NCBI GenBank assembly: GCA_964016885.1
Contig: CAXHJY010000455.1
Span: 1 to 64,000, forward strand
Reading direction: 5' to 3'
DNA length: 64,000 nt
DNA from: Eledone cirrhosa
Taxonomy: Eukaryota
Part shown: piece after piece, positions 13,575-26,100 of the stretch
How positions within the stretch are numbered: position 1 is the first letter of the stretch
Layout: every line of letters begins with the position of its first letter
Program-made: the position numbers and the translations under genes
The notes under the pieces: model-generated
What the model saw: only the letters and a program-made list of their open reading frames with translations
Database searches by the model: none
What the model was told of the DNA's origin: nothing

Positions 13575-14729
13575 TTAATGGCAGCAATGGGAGTTTGTGC
13601 AGTGGCGTGATAGTGGAGGGTGGTGCTGGGTGATAGCTCGAATGTTTTTTTCCAGTTCTTTTGCCAGATTCATTATGGCTAAAAAAGAGGAAGAAGTTTC
13701 CTGTTTAGAAGACTGTTGGTGACTGTGGTAGTGGTTATTTTTATGTAGGTTATGGTTTTTGTTTTTGCTTTTATTTTTAATTTTATTTTCATTTATCCGA
13801 CGGGTCCCCGGGAGATGGGTAAAGGGACAATCCCGGTCTAAACACAATCTGTCTCGCAGGGAAAAACGGCAGATTTGTGGATTCCTTGTTTGAGTTATTG
13901 GTGGTTGTGTTGGTGTTAAATTAGAGTATGTATTATGGTGGTGGCTGTTTGTGGGGATAGATCGTTTTGTCCTAGGTAAATGGGTGAATTTGCAGCCACT
14001 ATCCGTACATATTCTATAGCGTAGAGAGTAGCGGCAAATGATGGGGTTTCGAGTGGGTGGGTATATGGGTGTGGGTGTTGTGAGAGGTGTAGATGATGGT
14101 TTGGGTAGGATTTGACGACCTTTATGGACTGTGGGAGGGAGAGTTCTTGTTCTGGTATTAGAAGGTAAATTCCTTGACATAGCAGTAGACAAAAATGTTG
14201 TAGTAGTAGTAGTAGGCAGAGATGTTGGCAGTGGTGATGATTGGACTGCTGGGCCAGAGAAAGGATGTGGCGTTTCATGCTGTGAGACAGAGGCTACTGG
14301 GGGGTCAATAGTTTCATTTAGTAGATCGGCCATTGTTGATGAATCAAGGAGTGGTTCACACTGTTGTTGTTGCTGTTGTTGATGTTGTTGTTGTAGCTGT
14401 TGTTGATGTTGTTGTTGTAGCTGTTGTTGTTGTTGCTGTTGTAGCTGCTGTTGTTGTTGTTGCTGCTGCTGGACAGCATTCGAAGAGAAAACACACCGTA
14501 GTTTATCCAAATGTTTATTGATTAATTTAAAAGCAATTTCGATTTGCTTTAATTTATTTTGAATCTGTTGTTCAGATCGAGTTTTCAAAAATTGAACTGT
14601 ACGTTTAGCAATGTCGTTCAGAGATGAAGCATCTATATTTTCTGTTTGGGAAAGGCAATGCCATGTGTTTATTAGAATGTCGATTTCATTATCAGACCAG
14701 TTCTGTTTGGATTTTTGCTGGTTAGCCAT
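13575..14729 (-). CDS. LINE ORF1: Myb/SANT-like N-terminus, polyQ, two C-x8-C-x4-C-x3-H zinc fingers
   Basis: ATG start; WSDNEIDILINTW...IAK...RSEQQIQNKLKQI; CRYSLRYRICTDSGCKFTH and CRFSLRDRLCLDRDCPFTH. Confidence 0.85.
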   Translation of the reverse strand: MANQQKSKQNWSDNEIDILINTWHCLSQTENIDASSLNDIAKRTVQFLKTRSEQQIQNKLKQIEIAFKLINKHLDKLRCVFSSNAVQQQQQQQQQLQQQQQQQLQQQHQQQLQQQHQQQQQQQCEPLLDSSTMADLLNETIDPPVASVSQHETPHPFSGPAVQSSPLPTSLPTTTTTTFLSTAMSRNLPSNTRTRTLPPTVHKGRQILPKPSSTPLTTPTPIYPPTRNPIICRYSLRYRICTDSGCKFTHLPRTKRSIPTNSHHHNTYSNLTPTQPPITQTRNPQICRFSLRDRLCLDRDCPFTHLPGTRRINENKIKNKSKNKNHNLHKNNHYHSHQQSSKQETSSSFLAIMNLAKELEKNIRAITQHHPPLSRHCTNSHCCH

Positions 14730-14740
14730 TCTAGTTTTGA

Positions 14741-15197
14741 GTGTGTGTGTGTTTTAGTTAAGTATTTCAATATATATATATTTTTTTTTAAAATTTATTT
14801 TTGATTTATTTTTGTTTTTTGTTTTTCTTGTGTGTGAGTGAGAAGCGTATATATATAAATATGAGTATATATATATATATATATATGTATATTCTGGTTA
14901 TTTGAAATTAATTAAGTTAATGAAAAGACGAAAGTAGATAATAATAATTTGTAGTTAAAGGAAAATGTACTCACAAGTTCGTGTGTGTGTGTTTTAGTTA
15001 AGTATTTCAATATATATATATTTTTTTTAAATTTATTTTTGTTTTTTGTTTTTCTTGTGTGTGAGTGAGAAGCGTATATATATAAATATGAGTATATATA
15101 TATATATATATGTATATTCTGGTTATTTGAAATTAATGAAAAGACGAAAGTATATAATAATAATTTGTAGTTAAAGGAAAATGTACTCACAAGTTCG
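14741..15197. repeat. tandem duplication (about 220-240 bp units) in the LINE 5' UTR
   Basis: Units 14741-14980 and 14981-15197, each ending in GTACTCACAAGTTCG. Confidence 0.9.
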
Positions 15198-15208
15198 AAA
15201 ACACGTGG

Positions 15209-15362
15209 TTTCAAATATATAATAATATAGATGTATGAAAAATGTATTAACCGGTCAATTTTCAAATATATAATAATATAGATGTATGAAAAATGTATTA
15301 ACCGGTCAATTTTCAAATATATAATAATATAGATGTATGAAAATGTATTAACCGGTCAATTT
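15209..15362. repeat. 3 x about 52-bp tandem repeat in the LINE 5' UTR
   Basis: TTTCAAATATATAATAATATAGATGTATGAAAAATGTATTAACCGGTCAAT three times. Confidence 0.92.
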
Positions 15363-15442
15363 TTGTTTGTTTGGTTTTGTCTTGTGGTTTTGTTTTGTGG
15401 CTGTGTGACTTGCTGCTTACTCGGGGAGAGAAGTAAAAACAC

Positions 15443-15507
<65 letters not shown>

Positions 15508-15513
15508 CATATG

Positions 15514-16957
<1,444 letters not shown>

Positions 16958-18487
16958 AAATTCTCCACTCAGACTATGCTAAACCCATGGCCTTCAAATA
17001 CCTGATACTCAAAAACTCAGCAATGTCTAGTAGTGGTAAGTTTAATATTCTGATCGCAGATTTGGTACGAATAATGAAGAATGTGTCCCGCATGTGCGAC
17101 CCAACAGAAATGGAAAGACACACACAACACTTCATCAACCGCATGCAGTTCTCTGGCTACAACCAAAGAGACAGAGTCAGAGTATACGAAGGAGCCACGG
17201 AGAAGTATAAGACCCTCATAGAACTGGAAATGAAAGGAATTTGCCCATTATACAGGAGCAAATCATGGAATAGCTTAGATAGGGCTAGACATAAGATAGG
17301 GAAAGCCACCTCTTGGTACGACAACCGAAGATACCAGAGTGTCATGTTTGTGGACGCTACCTCTGGGGGAAAATTAACTAACCAGTGTAGAAAGGCCCTG
17401 AGAAAGACCCACTTAAAGATTAAGGTGGTACAAAAGCCAGGAACCACCATAAAATCCCTGATCAGCAACACCTACCCTTTTAAGAAAACCCACTGTACTA
17501 CTAGGAAATGTATCATATGTAACGTAAAACCCCGGATAAACTGTAAAACTAGAAACGTAGTCTATAGCATAAGATGTACAGAGGGTACTTGCAGAAACAT
17601 GACAACAACATACATAGGAGAGACAGCTCGTAGCATAGGTGAAAGGATAGACCGACACTGGGGGGAAGTAAAAGGACGAAAAACGGTCCAGTACTATACG
17701 AACATGCCATACAACAACACGACGGTAACATAGACAACATAGAAATTAGAATAATATCTAAACATAGAAATGACCCAGCAGATAGGCAAATCAGTGAGGC
17801 CAGTGAAATCGAACTTAGAAGGCCAAGACTAAACAGAAAGAATGAATGGAATAACAACAGCACCCAAACAAACAACACTGATCTAAGAGACGTATAAATA
17901 AATAAATAAATAAATAAATAAATAGATAAATAAATAAATACATACACAAGCACAATAACAACAAAGACATATAAACACAGATTAGTAAATATAGAATACA
18001 TTAACCGATACACAGTCACCCAATCACGAACACACATCAAACAAAACACTATACACACACTCAAACGCATGCGCAAAGAAGACAAAATAAAATAAACAAA
18101 CAAACAAACAAATAAATAAATATATAGACAGACTAAATAAAAATGGCGTAGACATACAATGTAACGGGAGGAAACAATAGCACCACTGACGATGTTGCAG
18201 ATGTGCAACGAAAGAACTTTGATAAACTATATATATGTGTTTGTGTCTATATTGTATCTGTATTATTTTTGACCGTCGGTCAGTCAATGGTAACATTGAG
18301 GACCGAATAAATTAGATTACCGATATAAAAGACACAGAAGCGATAAGCGAAAACCAACGAAACAGTGAGTGTGTTCTGTTATTAATTCTGGCAATATTAC
18401 ACAAATATGACCCTCCCCAAGTATAACACTATTTGTTTCGACACACGATTTCATATAAAAAACCTCGCAAAACTAATTTATCGCCGT
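16958..18487 (+). mobile_element. 5'-truncated second copy of PLE family A
   Basis: ORF 16987-17733 matches the RT thumb and GIY-YIG of 632-4350; frameshift near 17680; same 3' terminus ATCGCCG before TA; HHR core at 18181-18224. Confidence 0.93.
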
Positions 18488-18572
18488 TATATATATATAT
18501 AAACCCATCCCACTTCCCACCCTCTCCTACTACCAGAAAAGATATAAATACCACGATTTATTTTGGACAGCC

Positions 18573-18623
18573 AGATTCTTGATGATTTCTAAAGAATGAA
18601 ACAGTTCTAGTCCTGTAGAATCT
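18573..18623 (+). ncRNA. type I hammerhead ribozyme (C3U core variant) in a 210-bp island
   Basis: AGAUUC-UUGAUGA-UUUC(UAAA)GAAU-GAAA-CAG(8 nt)CUGUA/GAAUCU; island 18502-18710 lies between TA runs. Confidence 0.65.
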
Positions 18624-19002
18624 CATCTATATTAACACTTTTATACTCTGCTATGTATTGAGTACCTTACTTACTGTGGTTACCTCCGATTCAACCCGGA
18701 ATAACTTACCTATATATATATATACACACACAGATACATTGTAGGTAGCTTTAACCCGTCTTTTATTATTCAAAAACCCTCTGGCCAATAAACATTAACC
18801 CTCTGTGCGCCATTCATCTAACTGTAGACCAACAAATATCTAGTAAGCGGAGCGTTGACAAGAATGATGGCAAATGAATCTTCGAGGTAAGCAGTTTCCT
18901 CCCGAGCTGTTAGTTCACGCGGGATTCTCTGCTACACCTTTTCGTAATAATGCCGAACAACGTACTGCTGGTGACTCCTTCCTGCAAAAGCTGTACAAAG
19001 CA

Positions 19003-19161
<159 letters not shown>

Positions 19162-19164
19162 AAG

Positions 19165-19443
19165 AACAGATTAATGTTTAAGCAAATAATCGCTGCTTTT
19201 AACATTAACGGGATCTTCTGAAACTAAAAATTTAATCTGTGAACGCAGAAGTAAATATTTCCAGAAACATTGCAACCGAAGGAAAACAGGAAGACGATAT
19301 TTTGGTTCGTGAAGACGTTCCCTGGTAATGAACGGAAAAAAGCGAGGATAATACGTCGTTATGTAGACCGAGAAGAACAATTTCATGCAAAGACAAAACC
19401 AAGTTTATGGTATATATGGAGTCGTTAGACTAACATCCTATTT
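19165..19443. repeat. unclassified interspersed repeat, copy 1
   Basis: Colinear with 21745-22017, clearly diverged. Confidence 0.8.
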
Positions 19444-19669
19444 AAAATAACAGAATTATTTCCAGCCCCGGAGTTTAAGAATGATGTAAATAGAATTGAA
19501 AACGAAAATGACAGAGGTTATTAAAATAGTAAAAGTAAATAGTGAAGATTTAGGCCAGCATATACGTATGCCCCGACGGACATATACTTACATACGCATA
19601 CGCACATACATACACCCGCTCACACACGCACGCACGCACGCGCGCGTGCGTGTGTGAGCGGGTGTGAGC

Positions 19670-20109
19670 GGGTAAATATAAACGTCATGCATTTCTACAG
19701 TATGTTCACCAAACTTAAGACATAGACTACTTATGTACTCCGGATGGTCATGGGCACTTTCATTTTTCTAGATATTGATTATAGGGCCTCCCGACATATA
19801 ACCTCCTTCAACCGCTTCTTTGGAGTCGACTGAGAACTGCAGTGCAATGCAACAAAACGTCATAACTTCTGGAGCTCGCAACCGATTTTCACAAAACTTT
19901 AGACATGGGCTACGTTTATCCTACAGATGAATGCGAACCCTCAGAATTGGCATATATTGAATAGGCGACCCTGGGGGAAGGAGCCCCCTTTTGGAAGATG
20001 CAGAAGATTTTGTAAAAGTATAGTTTTCGAAGCAGCACTAACGTATTGACATAAATGGCATACACAATTGCTATTTAATACCCGAGCAACGCCGGGTACC
20101 TCTGCTAGT
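19670..20109 (+). mobile_element. non-autonomous Helitron/Helentron-like element, 3' part
   Basis: Subterminal hairpin TACCCGAGCAACGCCGGGTA then CTAGT; internal CCGATTTTCACAAAACTT motif. Confidence 0.7.
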
Positions 20110-20280
20110 ATATATATAAAACTGTAGTTGTCTGTGTGTCTTCATTTATGTAAAGGCTATACAAATAGATATTTCTACTCCGATTGACTTCAAACTTGCA
20201 TTTATATATTCGTTACGGTCTAAAGATATTAGCTGCGTCTTTTATTTTTCAATTTTCTCTTTTTAAAGGTGTGTTAGGCC
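20110..20280 (+). mobile_element. 5' end of a second Helitron-like element in tandem
   Basis: ATATATATAAAA-CTGTAGTTGTCTGTGTGTC...CCGATT..AAACT, similar to the start at about 44080. Confidence 0.45.
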
Positions 20281-20491
20281 CCGGTTATCGATCTCCGTCG
20301 AGCCCTTATAATATCTGTCTGTTTGACACCCTGTCTGCATTACGACATTCTGACGAACACTTCATTGCTGACGTATTATCTTCGCTACATTCACACACAC
20401 ACACACACATATATACATATATACATATATACATATATATGTATATACACAAATATACATATACACACACATATACACACACACACATATA

Positions 20492-20562
<71 letters not shown>

Positions 20563-20565
<3 letters not shown>

Positions 20566-21175
20566 GGCTAGGTAAAATTCCCGAGAACCATGGACGAGTT
20601 CTCTCCAGCGGTCTCCGTCCTTCATTATCGCTGCCATGTCCTGCGTCTCCAACAGACCAGTGTCTGTCCTTAAGGCATCAAAATACGTTGACCTTGGTCT
20701 TACTCTTCCAGTGTGTCCATGTAGGGGATCCCAAAGGAGGACTGAGTGCAATGTCAACTCTGGTTGTCGTTGAGCATGTGCAGCCAACTTCATTCTCCTC
20801 TGTGTCGCTTTTAAGTTGACCTTTGGGAGGCTCCCATACAGCTCTGAGTTTTTCATCCTCAGTGTATACTGATTAATGTTCAGAGCCATCCTCAGCATTC
20901 TCGTGTAGCACCCATCCACCATCTGAGTGAGTTTTTTGGTCAGTGTCCAAGTCTCAGACCCGTACAGCAGCACAGCCAGCACTTCAGCAATGAAGAGGCG
21001 GATTTTCAGGTCTTTACGCAGGTCCGTCTTCCACACCGATCTCAAGTTGTGGCACGCCACCCAGGCTTTGCTCTTCCTCTCAACCACATCATCTTCAGTA
21101 TGCCCAATCTTTGCTCCCAAATACAGGAAGTCCTCAACTAATTCTAGCAGCTTGCCGCCTACATTAGTGATCCCC
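20563..21175 (-). mobile_element. RTE-clade LINE, 3' fragment
   Basis: VEDFLYLG, LLYGSETWTL, CYTRMLRMAL, GR.RPR.TY, DRWR; stop codon directly followed by TA. Confidence 0.9.
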
Positions 21176-21177
21176 TC

Positions 21178-21334
21178 TGGACACACTGGAAGAGGAAGAC
21201 CAAGGTTAACGTATGTTGATGTCCTAAGGAAAGACACTGGTCTGTTGGAGACACAGGACATGGCAGTGATAATGAGGTAGAGAGACCGCTGGAGAGAATT
21301 CGTCCATGGATCTCGGGATTTTTACCCTCCCTAG
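21178..21334 (+). mobile_element. RTE-clade LINE 3' end, inverted relative to 20563-21175
   Basis: [28 protein letters not shown]; diverged reverse complement of 20563-20719. Confidence 0.88.
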
Positions 21335-21354
21335 AATATATATATATATATATA

Positions 21355-21730
21355 TTGTTATGCTTTGGGAGGGTCATGTTGCCAATAAGAAACACACGAA
21401 CCCTTGCTTTCACTCCAATTTATTATCAATTAAATTTATAAATTTAAGAATTTATAAATTTCTAGTTGGTTGGTTCCACAACCAGACGATTGCTCATATA
21501 TTGTCAAAGTTCTTTCGTCACACATTCTCTGACCACATTGTGTGAACATACACAAAAACAAGATGGCGTAGGGCAGAACAAAGGAGAGGCACAACAAAAA
21601 ACAAAGAAAAGTAGACATCCAGAGTTGACATATATATATATATAGTAATAATAAGAAATTTGAAGACTAAAATCAAAAGAGGGTCCGATAAGGATAAATA
21701 TATATCAGATATATAAGAACCGTAGAGCAA
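21355..21730. mobile_element. rearranged pLTR fragment related to PLE family A
   Basis: TTGTTATGCTTTGGGAGGGTCAT matches the pLTR end; GACGAAAGAACTTTGA on - strand matches the HHR 3' half; AAGATGGCGTAG on + strand. Confidence 0.45.
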
Positions 21731-21744
21731 ATATTTATTAAAAT

Positions 21745-22017
21745 AACAGATTAAAGTTTAAGCAAAGAATCGCTGCTTTCACCCTTAACGAGATCTTCTA
21801 AAACTAAAAAATCAATATGTGAACGCAGAAGTAAATATTTCGAAAAACCTTGCAACTGAAGGAAGGCAGAAGTCAATACTTTGGTTCGTGGAGACGGTCC
21901 CTGGCAAAGAACGGAAAAAAACGAAGATTATACGTCATTATTTCTACCGGTGAGAACAATTACACGCAAAGTCAAAACCATGTTTATAGTATGAAGTCGT
22001 AGTCTAATATTCTATTA
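21745..22017. repeat. unclassified interspersed repeat, copy 2
   Basis: Colinear with 19165-19443. Confidence 0.8.
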
Positions 22018-22966
22018 GGTGGTTCGTGGAGACATTCCTTGGCAATGAGCAATGTTTACATCCATTATGCTATTTCTGTCAACCTTTAATATTCAGTTCG
22101 ATGAATTCAATATAAGTTGTATCCCCTTATATGATCGTTTTGATTTAATCCCGGCAAAACGTTACCAAAATGACAACTTTTATTTCCTATCATTATTACT
22201 TGTCACGTTGTAATTGACACTCCATAATATCTTATAATTATTTTGACTAAATAAGCCGAGAATTCAAAATACCAGTGAAAGATAGCAAGTGAATATGAAC
22301 ATTGGTCGTATTTATCTATTGTGTAAAATTAGGAACAATTGTATAAACGACGTTTTATTTCCTAACTTCTGAACTAGACATTCTTACTGGCGTCAACGTC
22401 TGTCAAACTTATATGGACATATGGTCGATGCAATATCCATTTTATTTGAAAAAGTAAAGACAAAAACAAATCATTGACATTAAATTAGTGATATTGCAGG
22501 AAGTTGCAGATTGTAATAATAGGAGATAGATACATGAAATAATATATTTACAAGTATTTCTTTTTTAAACTTAATTATTTCATCCGTGAGCTTACTCTAC
22601 ATTATATTAAATATATACTTTCTTATTTGTAGGATGTAGATATACTTTATTATCTGTAGCGAAAACATCTCATGGTATCTGTTCAAAAAATATTCGCTAA
22701 CACTATTTAGTAGATAATAGATTAGCAAAAAGAAAACGAAATATTGTGCATTGTAGAGATATTTTGCAAGCAGTTCTTGTTAACCAGAAACCATAAGGAC
22801 TTTTGGAAAGAGAAAACAATTCAAATAATTCTCTCTTCAGTTGGGATGTCATGATGCATGCATCTTTACAAACCAGTGAGCACAGCATTGTCACTGTTAA
22901 ATGAGCCTTTAACTATGCTTACAGAATAAGGTAGATTTTGTTTATAATCTTTGATGGTTTTGTGCA

Positions 22967-23138
22967 AATAATTGTTTCTACTTTTGGCACAAGGCCTGCA
23001 ATTAACCAGTACATTACTGGTACTTTATGTTATCGACCCCCATAAGCATGAAAGGCAAAGTTAACCTCGACGGGATTTGAACTCAGACTCTAAATGGACG
23101 TAAATATGCTAGAAAACATGGCGTTCAACCGCCATCCA
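22967..23138 (-). mobile_element. tRNA-derived SINE with Meta-like central domain
   Basis: GAGTTCAAATCCC B-box; GCCTTTCAT..GGGGTCGATAA..AGTACCAG; GTGCCAAAAGTAGAAACAATTATT tail. Confidence 0.8.
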
Positions 23139-24069
23139 ATATTATATAAATCTGGATGTATGTGGGTGTTGTTCAAAACAACTTTGCTTTGTATGTTTTG
23201 TATGAAATGATGATATCTTGATTCAGTTAGAAGTGCTTACGGTAATGGCGTACCCTTTATCGTTATCGTTTAAACAACCAGTGGAACCTGTCGTAATGCG
23301 AAGGATAAAAAGAAACAAACATTATATTCGCATGATTTTGGAATTTAATACATCGAGAGACCATTATTAATCCATTTACGTTAAATAACACCAGCGATGG
23401 TCGATTGCAAGGTGAAACTACGTCCGTTCCAACCAAAGATTATACTGGTAAAATATTTGCAGAGCAATATTTCTGCGAGAGAAAACACGAAAGCTTTTTA
23501 ATGTCAAACAAATCAGCATTACATTCCTATTGGTGTGAAACATCTGAAAAACGTGTTCAGGAAATATATGTGTAACAACTTTGAATCTCTGAGAAGAATG
23601 ATAATAAAATGATGGCGAATGTGTTTTGTTTTTGTTACCTTCACATTAGATATGACGACAATAGTAAATAACTTATTAAGGCTCATCTATAGTGTACGCA
23701 ACAGTATGTGTCTATGTGATGGAATACGGGAATAGTGAAGACTTAAACGAGGGAGGAGGCCGTATTTTGATACTACTCTATTTCATGGGTTTGAATTAAA
23801 AAACACATCTCGAATTTACATGGAATACTCTAGCATATAAATAGTTTAGGTTTTTGGAATTATAACATGAAATTGAGGAAATGATTTAACGGCTAGATTG
23901 GTGTGAAGAAAATCGTTGAGAATTGGTGACTACTATGTTGATGTAATAAAGAGCGGATGATATTCCAAATATGTTGATGATGCCATGTACAGCTAAAGCT
24001 TACCGAGAGTTGATATTAGTTGGCGGCCTAAGAAAGTAATCATAACACATATACATTAAGATAATTAGT

Positions 24070-24845
24070 CAGAATTTTCGTTTTATCTAAATTTATCATA
24101 GACCCACTGATGCCAGGTTTACAGCCCACCTTCTCTACGATGCATTGCATTAGGTGGAGGTTGTCGTGTTTGGATATGGTCAGGATTGCACAATCTGCGC
24201 CTCCCCTACTAAACACTCGATCACACCTAAGTCAAAATTGTCAAGTGTCCCTCTTATCCTCGTATTTCACCATCAACGCTACTAAGGTCCTATCAGTGGC
24301 AGTAGGCCGCTTCAAAAAGATAGAAGAACAAGCCTAGCATATCCAAGTAAAACTCGTAGGGTAGACCAAGGCATCCAAAATCTTGGCTGATGTAAGCGAC
24401 CCTTGACAACCCTCAGCATGGGATGATGAAAGTCGCGGGTGGCCGTTGAGGTTGGAAAGTCCGGCACGGTCCCGGAATACCTGCTCCTCACCGAAGAATT
24501 GAGCAAAGTGCTGGTGAAACGATGCACATATCTGCCTGGAAGCGTTCACAGACTGACTGGCTGTTTTATTACCACGCTGCAATTCTGGCAATCGAACAAT
24601 GTTCGTTCCCTCGTTTCTTAGAGGACGCGCCTTAGCTCTGACAATGCAAACTTCGTGTTTTGCATTAGAGAAAATACCTAATATCATTCTCGTCAATAGG
24701 ACTTCCGTTTGAATACCACGTCAGATAGCCTCATCTTATTCAGCTGCCAGCTACACCTCCTTTCAACTCTTCTCTTCAAAAAATACAAACAATATGTTGA
24801 CTGGTGTTGGGCACGTTTAGAGAAGAGCTCTATCTCTGTAAGAAT
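24070..24845 (-). pseudogene. decayed L1/Tx1-clade LINE ORF2 fragment
   Basis: CIVRAKARPLRNEG; LVGEAQ; NLHLMQCIVEKVGCKPGISG.MINLD. Confidence 0.7.
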
Positions 24846-25149
24846 GATATCCCTAAACGTATGAATGTACGTGTGTTTGTGCGTGTGTATGTGCATGGAT
24901 ATCCTTTATTTATATGCATTTATATGTAAGTGTATAAGTGTATATGGGTATGTGTATGCATTATATCTGTGTGTGTACGTATATATATGTATATATATAT
25001 ATATATATACATACACACACATATATGCGTGTGTGCCTGTACGTTTGTGTGTGTATGAGCGTGTGTCTGTGTATGTGTACGTGTATATATATAAATATAT
25101 ATATATAATATTTTTTTAAGCTGTAAATTATAATCAATGTGGTGTGTTA

Positions 25150-26100
25150 ACTGACTTACCAACGTATACAGTGGTTTTATTTACCCTAGGTGTCAGGAAG
25201 ACACTCGACATATACCAGAAACAATACCGAAGGAAAAGGCAAGTCAGACGAAGGTAATTAGCGAAACACCCACACATTGCCTCGTATCTCAAAACATGTA
25301 CCAGCGCACAAGTGAATAATAAAGACATTCATTTGATAGTAAGCCTCCTTGTCTTTAGCTTCGTGCAGCAATATGAACGGATGGAAAACGTGCAGGAAAT
25401 GAAACACGGCATCTTGTTAAGAAGGAATCAGTATAGTGTGCCATTCCAGAGCAATTACTAAAACTAAGACTGCATAGCAGAAGAATACACCTCTATATAT
25501 GCTGCAACAAATGCTATTCTCCGAGCATGGAAACAGACGAGGGCAGAGTCTTCCTCTTGCCATTGTCACAATACCAGCAATCGATGCACCAGAATTAACG
25601 GAGGAGAATACATTTTCTGACCATATATTCGCAGTTTCACTCGCACTTGGTCATTACCAACAGTGTCAGTAAAGAAGAAAACGAGTGTGTTTGAGAATGC
25701 AACACAGTAGCGAAAGCAAGCAGTAGAGACTGCCTTCTAGTGATACCCAATTGCACTTCTAAATTGCCCTTTACATCTTCTGTCCTAGTAACTAAGCAAC
25801 AGAAGACATTATTTGCAGCAACTTCAGGACAGCAGATTGTGACACTGAACATGAAATACAGGTTGTTGAGGAAGGAAAACCTTCCCTATAGAAAAGGTTG
25901 ATCTGTATCAAACAGAGGAATAAAGCTGGGTACGACGTAACTACATGAAAACTAAGTGAGGTGGGCAAAAAGGAATATGACACATGATTCATAGTCTTTC
26001 GTAAAACAAATGAAAAGAAACATTTTAATGGTGTGGTTCAAATGATGCTGCGGAAACGTCTTAGAAACTGGAAACGAAATAAGTTATCAGGATAGTCTGA
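25150..26100 (+). pseudogene. heavily decayed RTE-like RT region
   Basis: Weak remnants such as IKQRNKAG and FNGVVQMMLRKRLRNW; many stops and frameshifts. Confidence 0.35.

Larger units (their letters stand above)
10492..15443 (-). mobile_element. apparently full-length two-ORF APE-type LINE (CR1/L2 group) inserted in (TA)n
   Basis: 5' UTR about 700 bp, ORF1 384 aa, ORF2 about 980 aa uninterrupted, short 3' UTR with GGCCA-ATAC-TGGCC hairpin running into TA. Confidence 0.93.

Noticed and set aside
15209-15362. Repeat array as possible CRISPR
   Set aside because: No spacers, eukaryotic context, no cas genes
18885-18940. HHR-like UCCCG..CGGGAG-GAAA on the - strand
   Set aside because: First core is too degenerate (CAGAGA) to call as a feature
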